DNA from: Octopus bimaculoides
Taxonomy: Eukaryota
DNA length: 64,000 nt
Reading direction: 5' to 3'
NCBI RefSeq assembly: GCF_001194135.2
Contig: NC_068981.1
Coordinates: 12,978,532-13,042,531 of the forward strand
The stretch's first letter is position 1, and each line of letters starts with the position of its first letter. Under the pieces are notes generated by a model. It was not told the origin of the DNA and searched no databases. It saw only the letters and a list, made by a program, of their open reading frames with translations. The position numbers and the translations under genes were made by a program. Shown piece after piece: positions 11,676-25,289 of this stretch.

Positions 11676-14600
11676 ATGTATAGAACGTAATATACTGTTT
11701 ATTATGGGTGTAGATATTTACAATTTGATTGAAGACACGCACTTGATACGTGTTCTGAAAGAGGATTAATAATTTCGCAGACGCTACTAACTACCAATCT
11801 TGCATTGTCAACACCCACTGACATAATAATACTGATTGTCTACTTTCTTTATATAACTTAGAGATTTTAAATATTGCATCAGACACCATTATATTTGGCC
11901 GAATGCCCCGGATTTCTTAAATGGAATACAGAAACTCATTAGTGCTAAATCATTGGAAGTCTTCTGGAAGTAATGGCTGATTCTATTTTCCGGATTAATA
12001 GACTCAAATTACATAGAGTTATAATTTCTTCTGCATTTGTACAAGCAGAATATTCACTGTGATTTCCAGTTGAAGACATATAGTTTTCTTATATAACAAA
12101 ATGTTACATCTAAATTTACAACACGCGGCGGATGTTGATGGTAAAATCTTGCTCTTCTGCTGATATCCAACACTTCGTCGTTTCAAAAAAATATTGATGA
12201 CACGGAAAACCGCGAAGATTAACAGAGCACAGAAATAATTTAATTGGGAGTAAAGGTTATTTTTAATTCACTTTTTTAGCGTTCATACAAATCTTATTCA
12301 TGTACTTCAACTTCACTCCGTACTCGGAAAGGTTTCCTACATCACAGGACTTCAATTAGATATCCCTTAGTAAATTTAATAATAACCAAGATTAACACCC
12401 GAAGGTCACATACTCTGGCTATGAGAAAAAGGCCATTCTAAAACAGCTTTCAAATGTACACCACTAGAGGGACAAAGGATAAAACCGAAAAGCGCATTCA
12501 TGATGAACATTCATTATGGGGATGAGAGAGGTCAATCTCATGTGGCCGGATACAACTACCTGATAGCGGCACATTTGCTCGTGATCACAAAAGGGTCTGA
12601 TACTCGTAACTGACGTTAATTGCCTCAGAAATGTCACCAGGGTATTTATTTCTACAATTCAATTTCGATTCTTTGATAGGCAATTTCCAATGTATCATTT
12701 TGTCAGTTTCAGTTGACAAGAAACAATCTCCACGATAAAAGGTGTTATGAAAGCACATTTTAACCTTCAATCTGCGAAGGTTAAACTATCGTACACTTCT
12801 GGTTTAACTTCAAGAAAGAAACAGCGCTTCTGTTGAATGAAAATGATAAGATTATACCCAACGCATAGTATAATGATTTTAACTAACCAAAGAAATGTTT
12901 TGTATCAATCTTAATTATTTGGCGTAACGCAAGAAATAAATAGAAAACCATCACTGTTCTTTCCACTAGTAGTTAATTACACAATATACATCAGCTACAT
13001 TCAAGGGAACTGTATCTTCTTGTAACGTAATCAGTATTGAGAAACAAACTTAATTGCGATTTATACTGTTTGGGCACTACATTGTATTATGAAATATATT
13101 GTATTAATATGAGACGAAATAAAGTAAGATTTCTCACAGAAAACAAGTTAATTATGATATCAGTACATTTGAATAATACTCAATGGTGTATCATTATAAC
13201 ATTAATTGTTAACTCTTTCGACTAGCATGATCAATTAAACAAGTTTTCTTTGATATCGTCGTTCATAGAATTCCATTCATAAATTTTGATTCAACTCTAT
13301 TCTCTATCAATTTACGCTGAGACACTTTATTTAATTGTCGAAATTATAGATAGGAAATTAATCTACAAATAGATTCATTTAAAATTATCAGCGCAAGTTG
13401 TATAAAAATTCCCAAAGTAAACATTATATAACGGATAAAGTATTTCATGATGTAATCGACTCGAAATCACATCAAATCATACATTTTCATACACAAACTA
13501 TTTATATAGTAACATTCGACATTATCTCAAGAGTCGATATACGTAGATATATAACTCTATTCGGAGAGGAAGTAATTAATTCGAAGTGAATACTTTGGAT
13601 ATAGGTCAGTACACTTAGACATAAACGTCGATAAGTGCGTTCATTCTGTATTAGATTCCTGATACCGTATTGAGTGCTGTGCAACGTCGGTCGTTGCATA
13701 TTTCTCTTTTTTGGGATAAAAAGCAGTAAAGACGCATATAGATTTTCATTTTGTAGGCAGACGCTCANNNNNNNNNNNNNNNNNNNNNNNNNNNNNNNNN
13801 NNNNNNNNNNNNNNNNNNNNNNNNNNNNNNNNNNNNNNNNNNNNNNNNNNNNNNNNNNNNNNNNNNNGTATATATGTATGTATGTATGCATGTATGTATG
13901 TATGTATATGTATATGTACATTATGTATATTCAGTCGCTCATATACCATAGACATATGGACATATGTACTTATGTGACACTCACATACACATTAACACGT
14001 CCAGGTGTGTGTTTGTGTTTGTGTTTGTGTGTGCATTTGCGCGTGTGATTTCGCGTGTGTGCTTTTGCGAGTGTGCGTCTGCCAGTCTGTTTGGGATTGA
14101 CGGTCTAGTGTCTGTATGCTCTTAGTTGTGGCTCTATGCGTGCTTCAGTGGCCAATACGAGGCAGGATTCGCCGCGAAGGTTTATAAACTCCTATGACTT
14201 GAACAACACTTTATTTCACCCAACAAAAGGAATAATGTTGTATATCATTTTAACTCTTGTGCGAATAGATTTTAATAGTTTTTCATAGAATTTCATTGAT
14301 TTTTTTTTTTGTTTCATACCATCTTGGAGTCGCTTATGTTTTCATATGTACATTCATGTTTCTCACTTTTTTTAAGTCTGCATTCATCCCCTTTTTCAAG
14401 TGCCATATCTTCTCATAGTAGATACAAACTCCTTGTGTAATACTGATAATTATTTCCAAACCTTAATTTGTTTCTTTTACTTCCAGTTCCTTGAGGCAAC
14501 CGAGGGAAACGTGAATGTACGCGGACACTTTCAACGACATCAGGTTATAGAATATCAAGCTGCATCTCCTAGAGATATCATTGAGCTTAGGTTGAACGTT

Positions 14601-14704
14601 GTACTGGGAAATCTACATTTTTCTACTCTGTTTTGCTTCATTTATAACACCTTTTTCTCTGTGTATATGCGTGTTTGTTTGTGTGTGTTTGTGCTTGTGA
14701 AAAT

Positions 14705-14876
14705 GCGTGGCCTACCGCTTGCGGCGTTGCACTCACGATCGGCAGATCGTGTGTTCGATTCCGAACATTTCATCTAACGTTGCTCCAGTTTTCCTTTCGA
14801 TCAGATGGAAATGCTGGCCAGCACATTGTGAACAGTGACGTATAACATGTGATAACCTGGTCTGTCAAGTGATCGG

Positions 14877-14880
<4 letters not shown>
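14705..14880 (+). mobile_element. Decayed tRNA-derived SINE related to family C
   Basis: GCGTGGCCTA..., B-box GTTCGATTCC (about 14753-14762), and CATTTCATCTAACGTTGCTCCAGT, shared with the 29843 copy. Ends in (TA)n. Confidence 0.6.
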
Positions 14881-14921
<41 letters not shown>

Positions 14922-15382
14922 GATTTGTGGTTCACTATATTCAATATTTACAAATGTTTCTTATAGAAAATTAAAATCTTTTGCTGTAAGATATTTAAAA
15001 GCAATCTAATCACATAGCAAGAGATAACAATCAAATGCAAAATCTACAACCAAGCCAGCGGATCATCAATCAACTTGTTGATCAACTAACTAGAGATGCA
15101 CTACATACGTAAAAACAACAACGATAACATGTCCGTTTATCACCAGCATATCAATACAAATATAAGCACACACACGTTGAACAGTGTATTCTACAGGTGA
15201 TGCTTGAGCATCGAACTTACTTTCGCCTGGTTGGATGAAACAAAAGAAAGAACTGATGTATTAACAATTACATTAGGAGAATATATGAATTATATTGACT
15301 TTAGATAATTATCAGAAAGCATTATTTGAAATTGCTTTAGAGCTGAACATCAATTTATAGCATCTTGAATTATGCCCTGTAT

Positions 15383-15488
15383 ACCTACTGACCTACCTAC
15401 CTACCTACCTACCTACCTACCTGACTACCTACATACATACATACCTACTTGGCTAACTACCTATATACCTACCTATATATATATATAT
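15383..15488. repeat. (CCTA)n/(CATA)n/(TA)n compound microsatellite
   Basis: Read directly from the sequence. Confidence 0.9.
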
Positions 15489-15580
15489 NNNNNNNNNNNN
15501 NNNNNNNNNNNNNNNNNNNNNNNNNNNNNNNNNNNNNNNACATCTTTGTGTACATATGTTTGTGTGTATGCATTTATATG

Positions 15581-15643
<63 letters not shown>

Positions 15644-15859
15644 TATTTATATTCGCGTGTATATATATGCATAAACTTTATGCTGTGTATATACGATACA
15701 TATACATATGCATGAAAGCGTAAGACGGATTTTGTAAATGCCACCAACTGAATAAACAAATATATGCATAGATGTATATGCGTGCTGTTGCTTTAAACTG
15801 TGTGCATGTGTACGTGTAAGCGTATAAGCTTGTGGATGTATGTGTTTCTATTTGAGAAA

Positions 15860-16022
15860 CAAAGGGAAATAGATAGACAGATAGATAGATAGATAAATAG
15901 AGAAAGAGAGGGAGAAAGAGAGGGAATGAGAGACAGTTAGAGTGAGAGAATGAGAGAAACAGAGAGAGAGAGAGGGAAGAGAGATAAAGAAAGTGAGACA
16001 GATAGACAGAAAGAGAGAAACT

Positions 16023-16053
<31 letters not shown>

Positions 16054-16395
16054 GAGATTTTAAGAGTAAGAGTCATTGAGAGAATGAGAGGGAAGAAGAG
16101 AGAGAGTGAGATAATGAGAAAAACAGAAAGAGGGGGTAGAGAAAGAAATTGAGAGAAAGAGAGAGAGCGAGAGAGAGCGAGAGAGAGAGAGAGAGAGAAT
16201 GAGATAGTGAGAGAAAGAAAGTAACGCTGAGAGAGAGAGAGAGCAACACAGAGGCAGGGTGCAGAGTGAGAGAAAAAAGTATAGAAAGAGAGAGTGAGTG
16301 AAACTGAGAAAGAGGAACAGAGAGAGAGGAACAGAGAGAAAGAGAAAGAGAGAGAGAAGGACAGAAAGAGAGAGTAAGAGAGTAAGAGAGTAAGA
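15860..16395. repeat. About 530-bp degenerate polypurine (GA/GATA) tract
   Basis: Almost entirely A/G on the + strand. The 247-aa SL-rich minus ORF is its translation. Confidence 0.92.
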
Positions 16396-18038
16396 TTTTT
16401 CGTGCAGTAGAAAATGTCCATTTAATGGAATCAGCCACCCGGTTTTAATTTCCTTGAAGTTGCATTTATATGCCTTTAAGTCATGAACATTATAATTTTC
16501 AATTTCCTATCGCTTATAAAACACAGTTTTGCAGCCTGTCTAAATGGACAGTGTAGTAAATAATTTAACAGCTCTGAGACATATGTGCTTCGAATGATAG
16601 TTTAACAGACATGTAACGTGCGCTCTGTTTTCAATCTGCATAATAACATAGGACGCGGAGAAAGGGTTAACCTTTATTTACTTAACTCTCTTATGTAGAG
16701 AATGGAAAAGAATATTGGATTTATACAACGATTCAATAGCTTTCAGAAATGAACGTTAAACAATTTAAATACATTAATATATTTACATATTTCCGGAAAG
16801 TTTAAGGGGAAAATAATAATGCATTAATTTCTTTTTACGATCACTCCAATGAAAATATTTCAATTTAAAATTATATAAACCCCCTTGAAGCACAAATTTA
16901 ATTAATTTATTAACTCTCAAAATAACTTTAGGGAGCGAATCTTTCGAGAGAGCATCAAAACAAACGAACACGATTTATATCTAAATCGACTTGAATTAAT
17001 TCGTCCCTGTATAATATGAAGTGTTTCTTAATATTCTATGAGCACCAACTCTGAAACCGACCTGCGATATTATTTCAGATCACAGATAACTTTGTTGTAT
17101 AAATAGACTAAGAGAAGATATACGGGTTGACGTATACAAATCCGGAAGAGATCGCATTAAAATTACAATTCTTACGATGCCAGACCGATATATTTAGTGT
17201 TAGTAAAATGATTAAATATATTTTCTAATTTAGGTTTCGTATTTTCCCTGATTTCGTTACAGACTTCAGTGATAAAATCTTTGAACCGTGTCAAAATTGA
17301 ATGCCTGGTGATAATGATGACTATGATGATTATGAAGTGTATATATATATATATATATATATATACAATTAATTTTAAAAAGCAGAGAAAAGGAAAGCCC
17401 ACAGAAATTAAAAAAGAAAAACAAGAAGTAGAGGACACAGCACAAGTAGTGTATTAAGNNNNNNNNNNNNNNNNNNNNNNNNNNNNNNNNNNNNNNNNNN
17501 NNNNNNNNNNNNNNNNNNNNNNNNNNNNNNNNNNNNNNNNNNNNNNNNNNNNNNNNNNNNNNNNNNNNNNNNNNNNNNNNNNNNNNNNNNNNNNNNNNNN
17601 NNNNNNNNNNNNNNNNNNNNNNNNNNNNNNNNNNNNNNNNNNNNNNNNNNNNNNNNNNNNNNNNNNNNNNNNNNNNNNNNNNNNNNNNNNNNNNNNNNNN
17701 NNNNNNNNNNNNNNNNNNNNNNNNNNNNNNNNNNNNNNNNNNNNNNNNNNNNNNNNNNNNNNNNNNNNNNNNNNNNNNNNNNNNNNNNNNNNNNNNNNNN
17801 NNNNNNNNNNNNNNNNNNNNNNNNNNNNNNNNNNNNNNNNNNNNNNNNNNNNNNNNNNNNNNNNNNNNNNNNNNNNNNNNNNNNNNNNNNNNNNNNNNNN
17901 NNNNNNNNNNNNNNNNNNNNNNNNNNNNNNNNNNNNNNNNNNNNNNNNNNNNNNNNNNNNNNNNNNNNNNNNNNNNNNNNNNNNNNNNNNNNNNNNNNNN
18001 NNNNNNNNNNNNNNNNNNNNNNNNNNNNNNNNNNNNNN

Positions 18039-18074
<36 letters not shown>

Positions 18075-19809
18075 GATATCAATGGGTATTGTGCAACTAC
18101 ACAAGATAAATATTGAATCACAAATTGTAGTTTAACCCCGAAACGTTCTATATTATGATGCCTCTTTCTTGATATAGTATCCGACTCTGTCATTGGATGT
18201 TTCGCTTCCGTCACTGTTAATCTTATTTCGCCTTCTATCACGACATGCCTTTCATCATAATTGTCAAATAGATTTTCATCATAGAAATCTTAAATAGTTA
18301 TGAAACTTTGTTGAGGACACGGATTCTCAAACCATTGTCGATGACAGAAAGGTTTCCCTAAATCGATGAGTTCGGTAAAGTAAATACTGTTTAAAAGTTA
18401 AGTCAAAGTTTTCTTTCACACTTACTCATTGACAACTAAACTGCCCAAGGCAACAAATCGACGATAAAGATAACAATGCTGCAAATACGTTCACTGTGGG
18501 ACTACAGAAACAAGCGTAACGTATATAACAGTTTGTTGATCTGTGTTATTTATTGTTAAATGAGTTGGCCAGGACACTAAGCAAAGTGATACATTATAGA
18601 AACTTATATAAACGACGAAAAAGTAGCGATAATAAATGAAAGCCAGCATGTTCCATACTTAGAATGGTGACATACTAAAGTTGCTAAGCAGTAAATTTAT
18701 GATTTTCTTCATACGTCAGTGAGATCGCTAAAGAATTCAATGTGTTATTGATTTTGTCTTTGCTATACAGCAAGTTACTTCGTAATTTTTTGCTTCGCTA
18801 TTGTGTAATGTTATGGCAGATACCGACAGGAGGATAATTTTAGTAATTCACTTACATTGGTGGCTGTAGGCAACGGTTTATTTCTTTGATGCGAATGCAC
18901 TGCATTATGTAATGACAATAGTTGACATGTTTTCTGATGTAGCCTAAAAGATATTTCAATCAGAGTGTTAACATAATCTGAAATAAATATGCTTCTTAAG
19001 TACTTCCTCAGGCAATCGTTAATGCATTATTTAAGAAAAAGCTAAAAATCAAAACTAAAAGGGAAAACAATGAAAAAAAAAATATCTCTATTTCTCGCAA
19101 AGTGTGAATGAAATTTTAGGGTATTTACAATTAAAATGAACAAGACTATAACATGAAAGGAGACATTAAAGTAGGATGTATCTCTTATGATAAAAGCTGT
19201 TTCTTTAAAAATAAAAAAGGAATATAAATAAATCTTGAACTCAATTTCTTAAAGAAACTCTGCTTTAACAAGATTCCGATTTCCAAAGAAAAGTTAATTA
19301 GTCTACATAAGCTGAAGACGTTAAGCTTTATTTTTTATGCAGGATTTGTCTCATTTAATTAAAAGACACTACTTTAAAATAAGTAAACTCAATTTGGGAA
19401 TATAAACACGGATTCTTTATGTAGACTGCTATTTACTGCAGAAACGTTAAGCAGTATATATAAACGACAGTTGTGAAGATACCTTTGATCATGTTAAAAT
19501 AAAGTATATATAGGTGAGGTACTGGCACACGGTAAATTTCAAATATGTATGGCTGTATCTGACTCATCGTATTGTATAAAGCTGAGAAGGGGATAAGCTG
19601 CTTTACAAGATTGTATATGTAATGTAAAGATTCCATGCATAAATTGAATCTATTTCAACATTACTTACTCTGCTGCTGTTCAACGATAAAATGTGACATC
19701 ATAATATCACCTGATGACAGCTATTCGCTTTTATCCACAAAAGTTTGAGTATTATGTACTTGGCACATGAAGTAGCGCAGATAAAATTTAACCGGCCTAC
19801 ATCGCGATT

Positions 19810-20150
19810 ATTATGAGGATGATTGTAGCAACGATGACGAAGACGATTGTTGCTGTTGCTACTGCAGGAGTTGATGTTGATGATGTTGAGGATGATAATG
19901 ATGATGTAATGACGATGGTGTCGGTGTTGGTGTCGGTGTTGGTGTCGGTGTTGGTGGTGGTGGTGAAGATAATAACTGAGGTTGTGGTGTTGTACGTAGA
20001 GGTTGTAGGGAGAGGTAGTTGTTATTGTTTTTGTAGTGTTGGTGGTAGTGGTCGACGTGAAGATGGCGCTTGCAGAGATGGTTCGTCAGCGAGTTGTTGT
20101 TAAGATCACTGCTGTGGTTGCTGTTGTTGTTTTTGATGTTGTAGCAGCGG
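19810..20150. repeat. Cryptic trinucleotide (GAT/GTT/GGT) low-complexity block with GGTGTCGGTGTT x3
   Basis: Read directly. The minus frame is open from 20230 to 19859. Confidence 0.75.
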
Positions 20151-21094
20151 ACTCCGGGTAACAAATAGGTTGTTACGTAAACAAAAACTGGGTGTTTGAA
20201 GATAACTTCTTTACGCTCATTTCACATCTATACTTAATACTTTTCTGTCACTTCGAAACTTTATGAAATTAGTTCCTAGTTATTTTGTGCATTCACTAGC
20301 ATCACCACATGATGTTGCTTCTTTTCACGTGCCATAATACGTGACATATCACAATTATATTTCACATACTTCTTTTTTATATAATTTCAGCATTAAAAGA
20401 CTGATTCGTATAAACCACAAACACATCTTTTGCACTGTGAATAGTCAGTGTGGAGACACAGCACAGCACAATGGAGGCTGGTATGTAGAGTATAAGCACT
20501 ATGATCATTATAGACAGTATCGGGTGGCATACAAAGTATAGACATAATACATTATGTAGATATCATAGGCATCAAGCATGGTGAAGAAATTTAGCGGCAG
20601 AAGGAATGAAATTTGTATATATTATATTGTTTCTAAGATAATAATGCTCGTCCGCTGTTGTCGCCGTTGACCAAGTACATCATATTGAAGAAGAAGCTAG
20701 GTCACAGTGTGTTCTGCTGTTGCCCCTCAGTTCAATGCGTGCTCAAAAGAGTCTGCTGCAGGTCGGACACTGTTGGTCTCCTGAGAATGAAGTTGGATCG
20801 GGACTTGCGCAGCCAATGTTTCCTTCTGATCCCGTGATCCAGTTACGTTCCTAAGTGGGAGTATAAACGCATACGAAAGAACTAAGTATCCTCTATAGGC
20901 CATGTCCAGTGCTCTGCCATGTTAAAAGGGACGACTGATCGGCAAAGGACACGGTTGAGAAACGGAAATATGGAAAATACGAAATAGTGCAGAAGGAGGA
21001 CTTGTATTGGGACTGGAATTACGGACCTGAAGAAATAAATAGAATATAGAGCGTAATTAAAGTACGAAGAATAAAAGTATAATTTAATGGTGTA

Positions 21095-21132
<38 letters not shown>

Positions 21133-21134
21133 TA

Positions 21135-21245
21135 CGAAGTGGTATGAAAACGTTCCCGGACTAGTTCTGTAGAGTGCCAAACGATCGCAGCACACGGTTG
21201 AGTGCGCAGTGAGAGCTAACACTGACCTTCATGCTGATGTCTACA
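21135..21245. mobile_element. Isolated mariner-like terminus
   Basis: TA-CGAAGTGGTATGAAAACGTTCCCGGACT resembles the mariner ends at 21447 and 48509. Confidence 0.4.
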
Positions 21246-21446
21246 AGCTCTTAACGCTATAGAGGCAATCTGCCTTCTGAAATCTCAGCTACACATTAAA
21301 TGTCTTAAATTCGTATTTTATTTCAATTATCGAAGTTATAAATTTTAAAATAACAATTTTATTTTGGTTTTTGGGAATTCATTATAGATATGCAGTTATT
21401 GTGTATAGATACACTAATCCAAAATTAAATTTATGCCTCTTGTATA

Positions 21447-21664
21447 TGAGAGGATGTTGAAAATTTCTTGGCTTTAAGGTTATCGTGGAAAGATTGGCTG
21501 GAGGCCCAACTTGTCGAGTTCTTTTACAGAGCTTAGAACAAGTGCAGGACTGCTGCAATAAGTGTGTGAATTGTTTTAGGGAAATGTGTTGAATAAAATA
21601 TTAATTAACTGATCCTCTTGTATTTCATTTTACAGAAAGCCCGGAAATTTCCAGCAACCCATCA
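21447..21664 (+). mobile_element. Mariner-derived MITE, 218 bp, TA target-site duplication
   Basis: The 29-bp TIRs match 22/29 (TGAGAGGATGTTGAAAATTTCTTGGCTTT / AAAGCCCGGAAATTTCCAGCAACCCATCA) and are flanked by TA. The interior retains a decayed mariner C-terminal motif (FFYRA..NKCV..GKCVE*-like). Confidence 0.8.
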
Positions 21665-21732
21665 TATACTTGCAACATTGCTGGCACTGAGCCATGATTT
21701 CAATCATTCAATACAAATATATGCCACGGTTT

Positions 21733-21733
<1 letters not shown>

Positions 21734-21770
<37 letters not shown>
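21734..21770. repeat. Poly(T) run
   Basis: Read directly from the sequence. Confidence 0.95.
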
Positions 21771-21774
<4 letters not shown>

Positions 21775-22589
21775 ATATCTAGAATTTTCCTCCTCAGGAC
21801 AAAACGGTTTTTAGGGTTGATTCCAAATAAGGCAAGCATCCACACTGAAGAATAATTGGCTTTCTTATCACTTATAGCAGGAATATTTGACTTTGTTATC
21901 GTCTATAGCACACGACACTACACCCATCTAGATGTTTTCCTTCAATTCTAGTGACGACAATCTGTAAAGCATATTTGATAATTCTGTAAAATTTCCCTGT
22001 CTAACCTAACACAATTTAAAGCATGAGCGCGTATATACATATATATATTAGAAAGAAAAGTAACTAAATATTTTTAACACATTTTAATGCAATTTATTGA
22101 ATTTGAGCTCATAAAACAATTGTTCAGAACATTAAGATTTAAAATTAGATTATTGATCAAAACTCTGGTAATTTCTGTCAAAATCTCAGCATTCATTTGG
22201 CAAAAAAGCAGACACATTACACGTCATATACATGACCGAAAATACAGATGTTGTTTCAGTTATAAATACGTTATATTAGATCATGAATGTGTTAAGTATT
22301 CAGGTCGATGGTATCAAATTCTAGTTAGTGGCAACACTTTCACTTAAAACAATGATATTTAATTCATGTATATTGGAACACGAGACTTTAATATCACCAT
22401 TATGGAGCTACTAAAAGCAATTTCATTTCAACATTTAATTCCATTAACATTGTGTACTCCACCGTGGTCCACAGAGAAATAAAAGTGGAATCCGGCTTTA
22501 TATCACGAAACGGTGATTTTATTTCTCGCTATATCAATGTAGTTTTAATAATGCAACAAGTAGTATTTATAGTTCAATGAATATCACAA

Positions 22590-23226
22590 GTTTTGTTCCT
22601 CAACAAAACTTTTGAAATGTGGACCGTAGTATTGTCTGCCCATTTCAGACGATTTTGTATGAGTATTTTGTTTAAAAGAGGTATTTTAACTGATGGTATT
22701 GTCTTAGCGACCATTTTCAGAATACAACACCGGGGAGTACTGGACACGGTTGTTTCTACAACGCGTTTGAAGACCTGGTTTCTTTACAGCTCCACGCTTA
22801 ATTCGTGACAGAGAATGTTCCAAAACAGCCCTTGAATGTCCCTTTTTCGGCTGTCTTACGTATCGTCGTAGGAGCTGTAACAGATTTCTTTTCATAATTT
22901 TGTAATATCTTCGAATTCTTTTAGAAATGTTGAATTACTTTTTGAAAGTTCAGAAGTAATAACAGCTTTCACTGAAGCACTTAAATCACTTTTATGACCC
23001 ATGATAACACCATTGTTAGACCACTCAGAAATGATAAGGGACACTGAAAGTTCGTGGAAATCTTACAAATAGCCACGGTTTATTTACAATTGTGCGAAAC
23101 CTCATGTTTTTATATACTACCCGCATAAAACGGTGCCATTTTTCTGTGGAAACTTCGTTTAATTCCAACTAGTAGCTTTTGAACAAAATAAGCAAATGTT
23201 ACGTCGTTACTAATTTGAAACGCAGT
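22590..23226 (-). mobile_element. Tc1-like transposon 5' fragment (terminus plus paired-like DNA-binding region)
   Basis: Frameshifted translation MGHKSDLSASVKAVITSELSK...LSRIKRGAVKKP...STPRCCILKMVAKTIPSVKIPLLNKILIQNRLKWADN..SKVL, which runs up to the first catalytic Asp region. The terminus CACTGCGTTTCAAATTAG is near 23226. Confidence 0.7.
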
Positions 23227-23325
23227 GTGTGTGTGTGTTTGTGTGTGGGTGTGTGCGTGTGTGTGTAAGGGAATCTCTTGTCGTGAACAACAAATGAGGG
23301 TTGAGTGAAATAACGCGTTAATCAT

Positions 23326-24092
23326 GTTCTAGGGTCACAAATGTGTCTCTTGAGTCCCGCTGGTGCCTTGCAGACCTTTTGACAAATGGCAGAAGTTGAT
23401 GGAGTTAGTTTCCTTGAGTGCTTCTGGATTATTTTCTATGTGCTTTCTTGAGTGAACGGCAAGGCCTGCTTTGCTTGGTGGTAGAAAACCATAATGACAG
23501 GTAAGGTTTCCATTTAGAAAGCAGTGTTTCGCTAGCGTGTCTACATGCTTGCACGAAGTTTGAGTCATCTTTGCTCAAATCTATGAAGTGAAGAGAAGCA
23601 GGACTGGCACCACGGTCGCATCGCTTCAGATTGTATTTTAGTTTGTCTTGGAAGCGCAAGAGTGGCATTCCAACTCACCTTCTTGTTGGGAATTGACTAA
23701 ATAGAAATTGCATCGGAATTCTGATATCACTCATACATGAGAGATGACCTGACCATCTGTGCTGTATTTTGATTAGAATGGCTTCAATGCCTGATATGCT
23801 GCATTTTGTTTATGCCTCACTGTTTTGAATATGGTCAAACTGTTACATATTGGAGATAGTAAGCAAGCATCGTATACGAGAAGCGTCAATCTGTTTGATG
23901 TAGTTTCGGTACAGAGTTCAAGATTCAGTACTATAAAGCAATGTTGTCACGACCACCGACATACACACATCGACTTTCACATTCAGCGATACGGCCTGGA
24001 TGTTCCAAACCTGTGATAAAGAATCACGAAAGCGGATTTAGCCTTCCTGATTGTTGACTCAATTACTTTATCCGTCTTAGCATCACTGTGTG
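23326..24092 (-). mobile_element. RTE-clade LINE 3' fragment, second subfamily
   Basis: SDAKTDKVIESTIRKAKSAFVILYHRF; (M)SDIRIPMQFLFSQFPT; PLLRFQDKLKYNLKRC; terminal finger-like motifs TCHYGFLPPSKAGLAVHSRKH and a frameshifted FCHxCQKVCKAPAGLKRH. Confidence 0.85.
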
Positions 24093-24913
24093 CGTATAAG
24101 TACACACACATGCACACATACTCACTCACACACACATACACATATATTTGAAGGAATATTGTACGTTTTACACTAAAAACTGGCAAGAAGTTTAGCGTTC
24201 GGTTCACGAGTCTTTCGGGAATAGAGCATAGAAGACATCTAGAGGAGAAATATGAATAACAAAAAGAGGTTGAAAACGAACGTAAATTTAGGTATCAAGG
24301 GGGAATGCGTTTCTATTTGAGAGACAAGGAAGAAGGAGTTGATAAAGTGTGTGCACGCATAAGAGCGCAACCGCGTTTAGAGGTTGGTGGAAGCCAGGAG
24401 TGATCTGGGTGTAGCCTTTGTTTTATGCATGTCTATAGATGTGTGCAACTATGAAAGTATATTAATTTGATGAAAGTATTAGGAAGGAGTTAGTGTGTGT
24501 TTAATCGTTAGGGGTGAGTGTGTGAGTGCGGGTGTGTGTATGCGGGTGTGAGCTGACGGTGGAAGTGAAAATGGTGGGAGAAATAAGGGGAATGTAAGTT
24601 AGAAGTGTAGAGATGAGAGATGCGGTTAGAATGTTACGAACAAGGAAGTATAATGTAGATGGGATAGTGAGTGTTAAGAAAGTGAAAAATCAGAAATGCA
24701 AAAAAGGCAATATAATACTAGTGGGGAAAGGAACAAGAGTGAAATACTGTGCGTTTTAGGAGAGGAGAGGATTGACAGAAATTTGGAATAAAAGCGGGAA
24801 TGAATGAAAGACAAATAATTACAATTAAGCACCCATTAAATAATATATAAATATTTATATTTCTGAATCTCTATAAAGGAGACTACAGCAGGAGTACTGG
24901 ATAATTAACAGTT

Positions 24914-25229
24914 ATCGCCAAGCTAAAATGGCAGTCCAGAAAAATAGGACAAATGCTGCCGTTGATTAGCTCCAAGAGGCTATTGCCTCTAGATAGCTAT
25001 GTGACACACAACCCTGTGTCCATAATAACCTTCGAACAGGGGAGGTCAGCAGCTTCCCCTTGCTGACCCCGACCTAGTCTGTGAATGTTGAACCAGTAAG
25101 AGGAAGCTGCTGACCGCCCCTGTTCGAAGGTTAGTGTGTCACCTAGCTAGCTAGACGCGATGGCCTCTTGGAGCTAATCAACGGCAGCATTCGTCCTATT
25201 TTTATAAACTGCCATGTTCGCTCGGCGAT
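24914..25229. mobile_element. Fold-back element with about 128-144-bp inverted arms and a 44-nt spacer
   Basis: Left arm ATCGCC..ATGGCAGT..TAGGACAAATGCTGCCGTTGATTAGCTCCAAGAGGC..GTGACACAC..AACCTTCGAACAGGGG..GGTCAGCAGCTTCC (24914-25057) is the reverse complement of 25102-25229, apart from a 16-nt insertion in the left arm. Confidence 0.9.
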
Positions 25230-25289
25230 GTCCTGTGGTTTGCATTTATAATTGTGTACCATTTCTCTGTTTTTCTCCGTTCACTGCTT

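Noticed and set aside
18075-18290. Minus-strand open stretch DFYDENLFDNYDERHVVIEGEIRLTVTEAK..
   Set aside because: No recognisable domain, a poor acceptor, no clear donor, and it runs into (TA)n.
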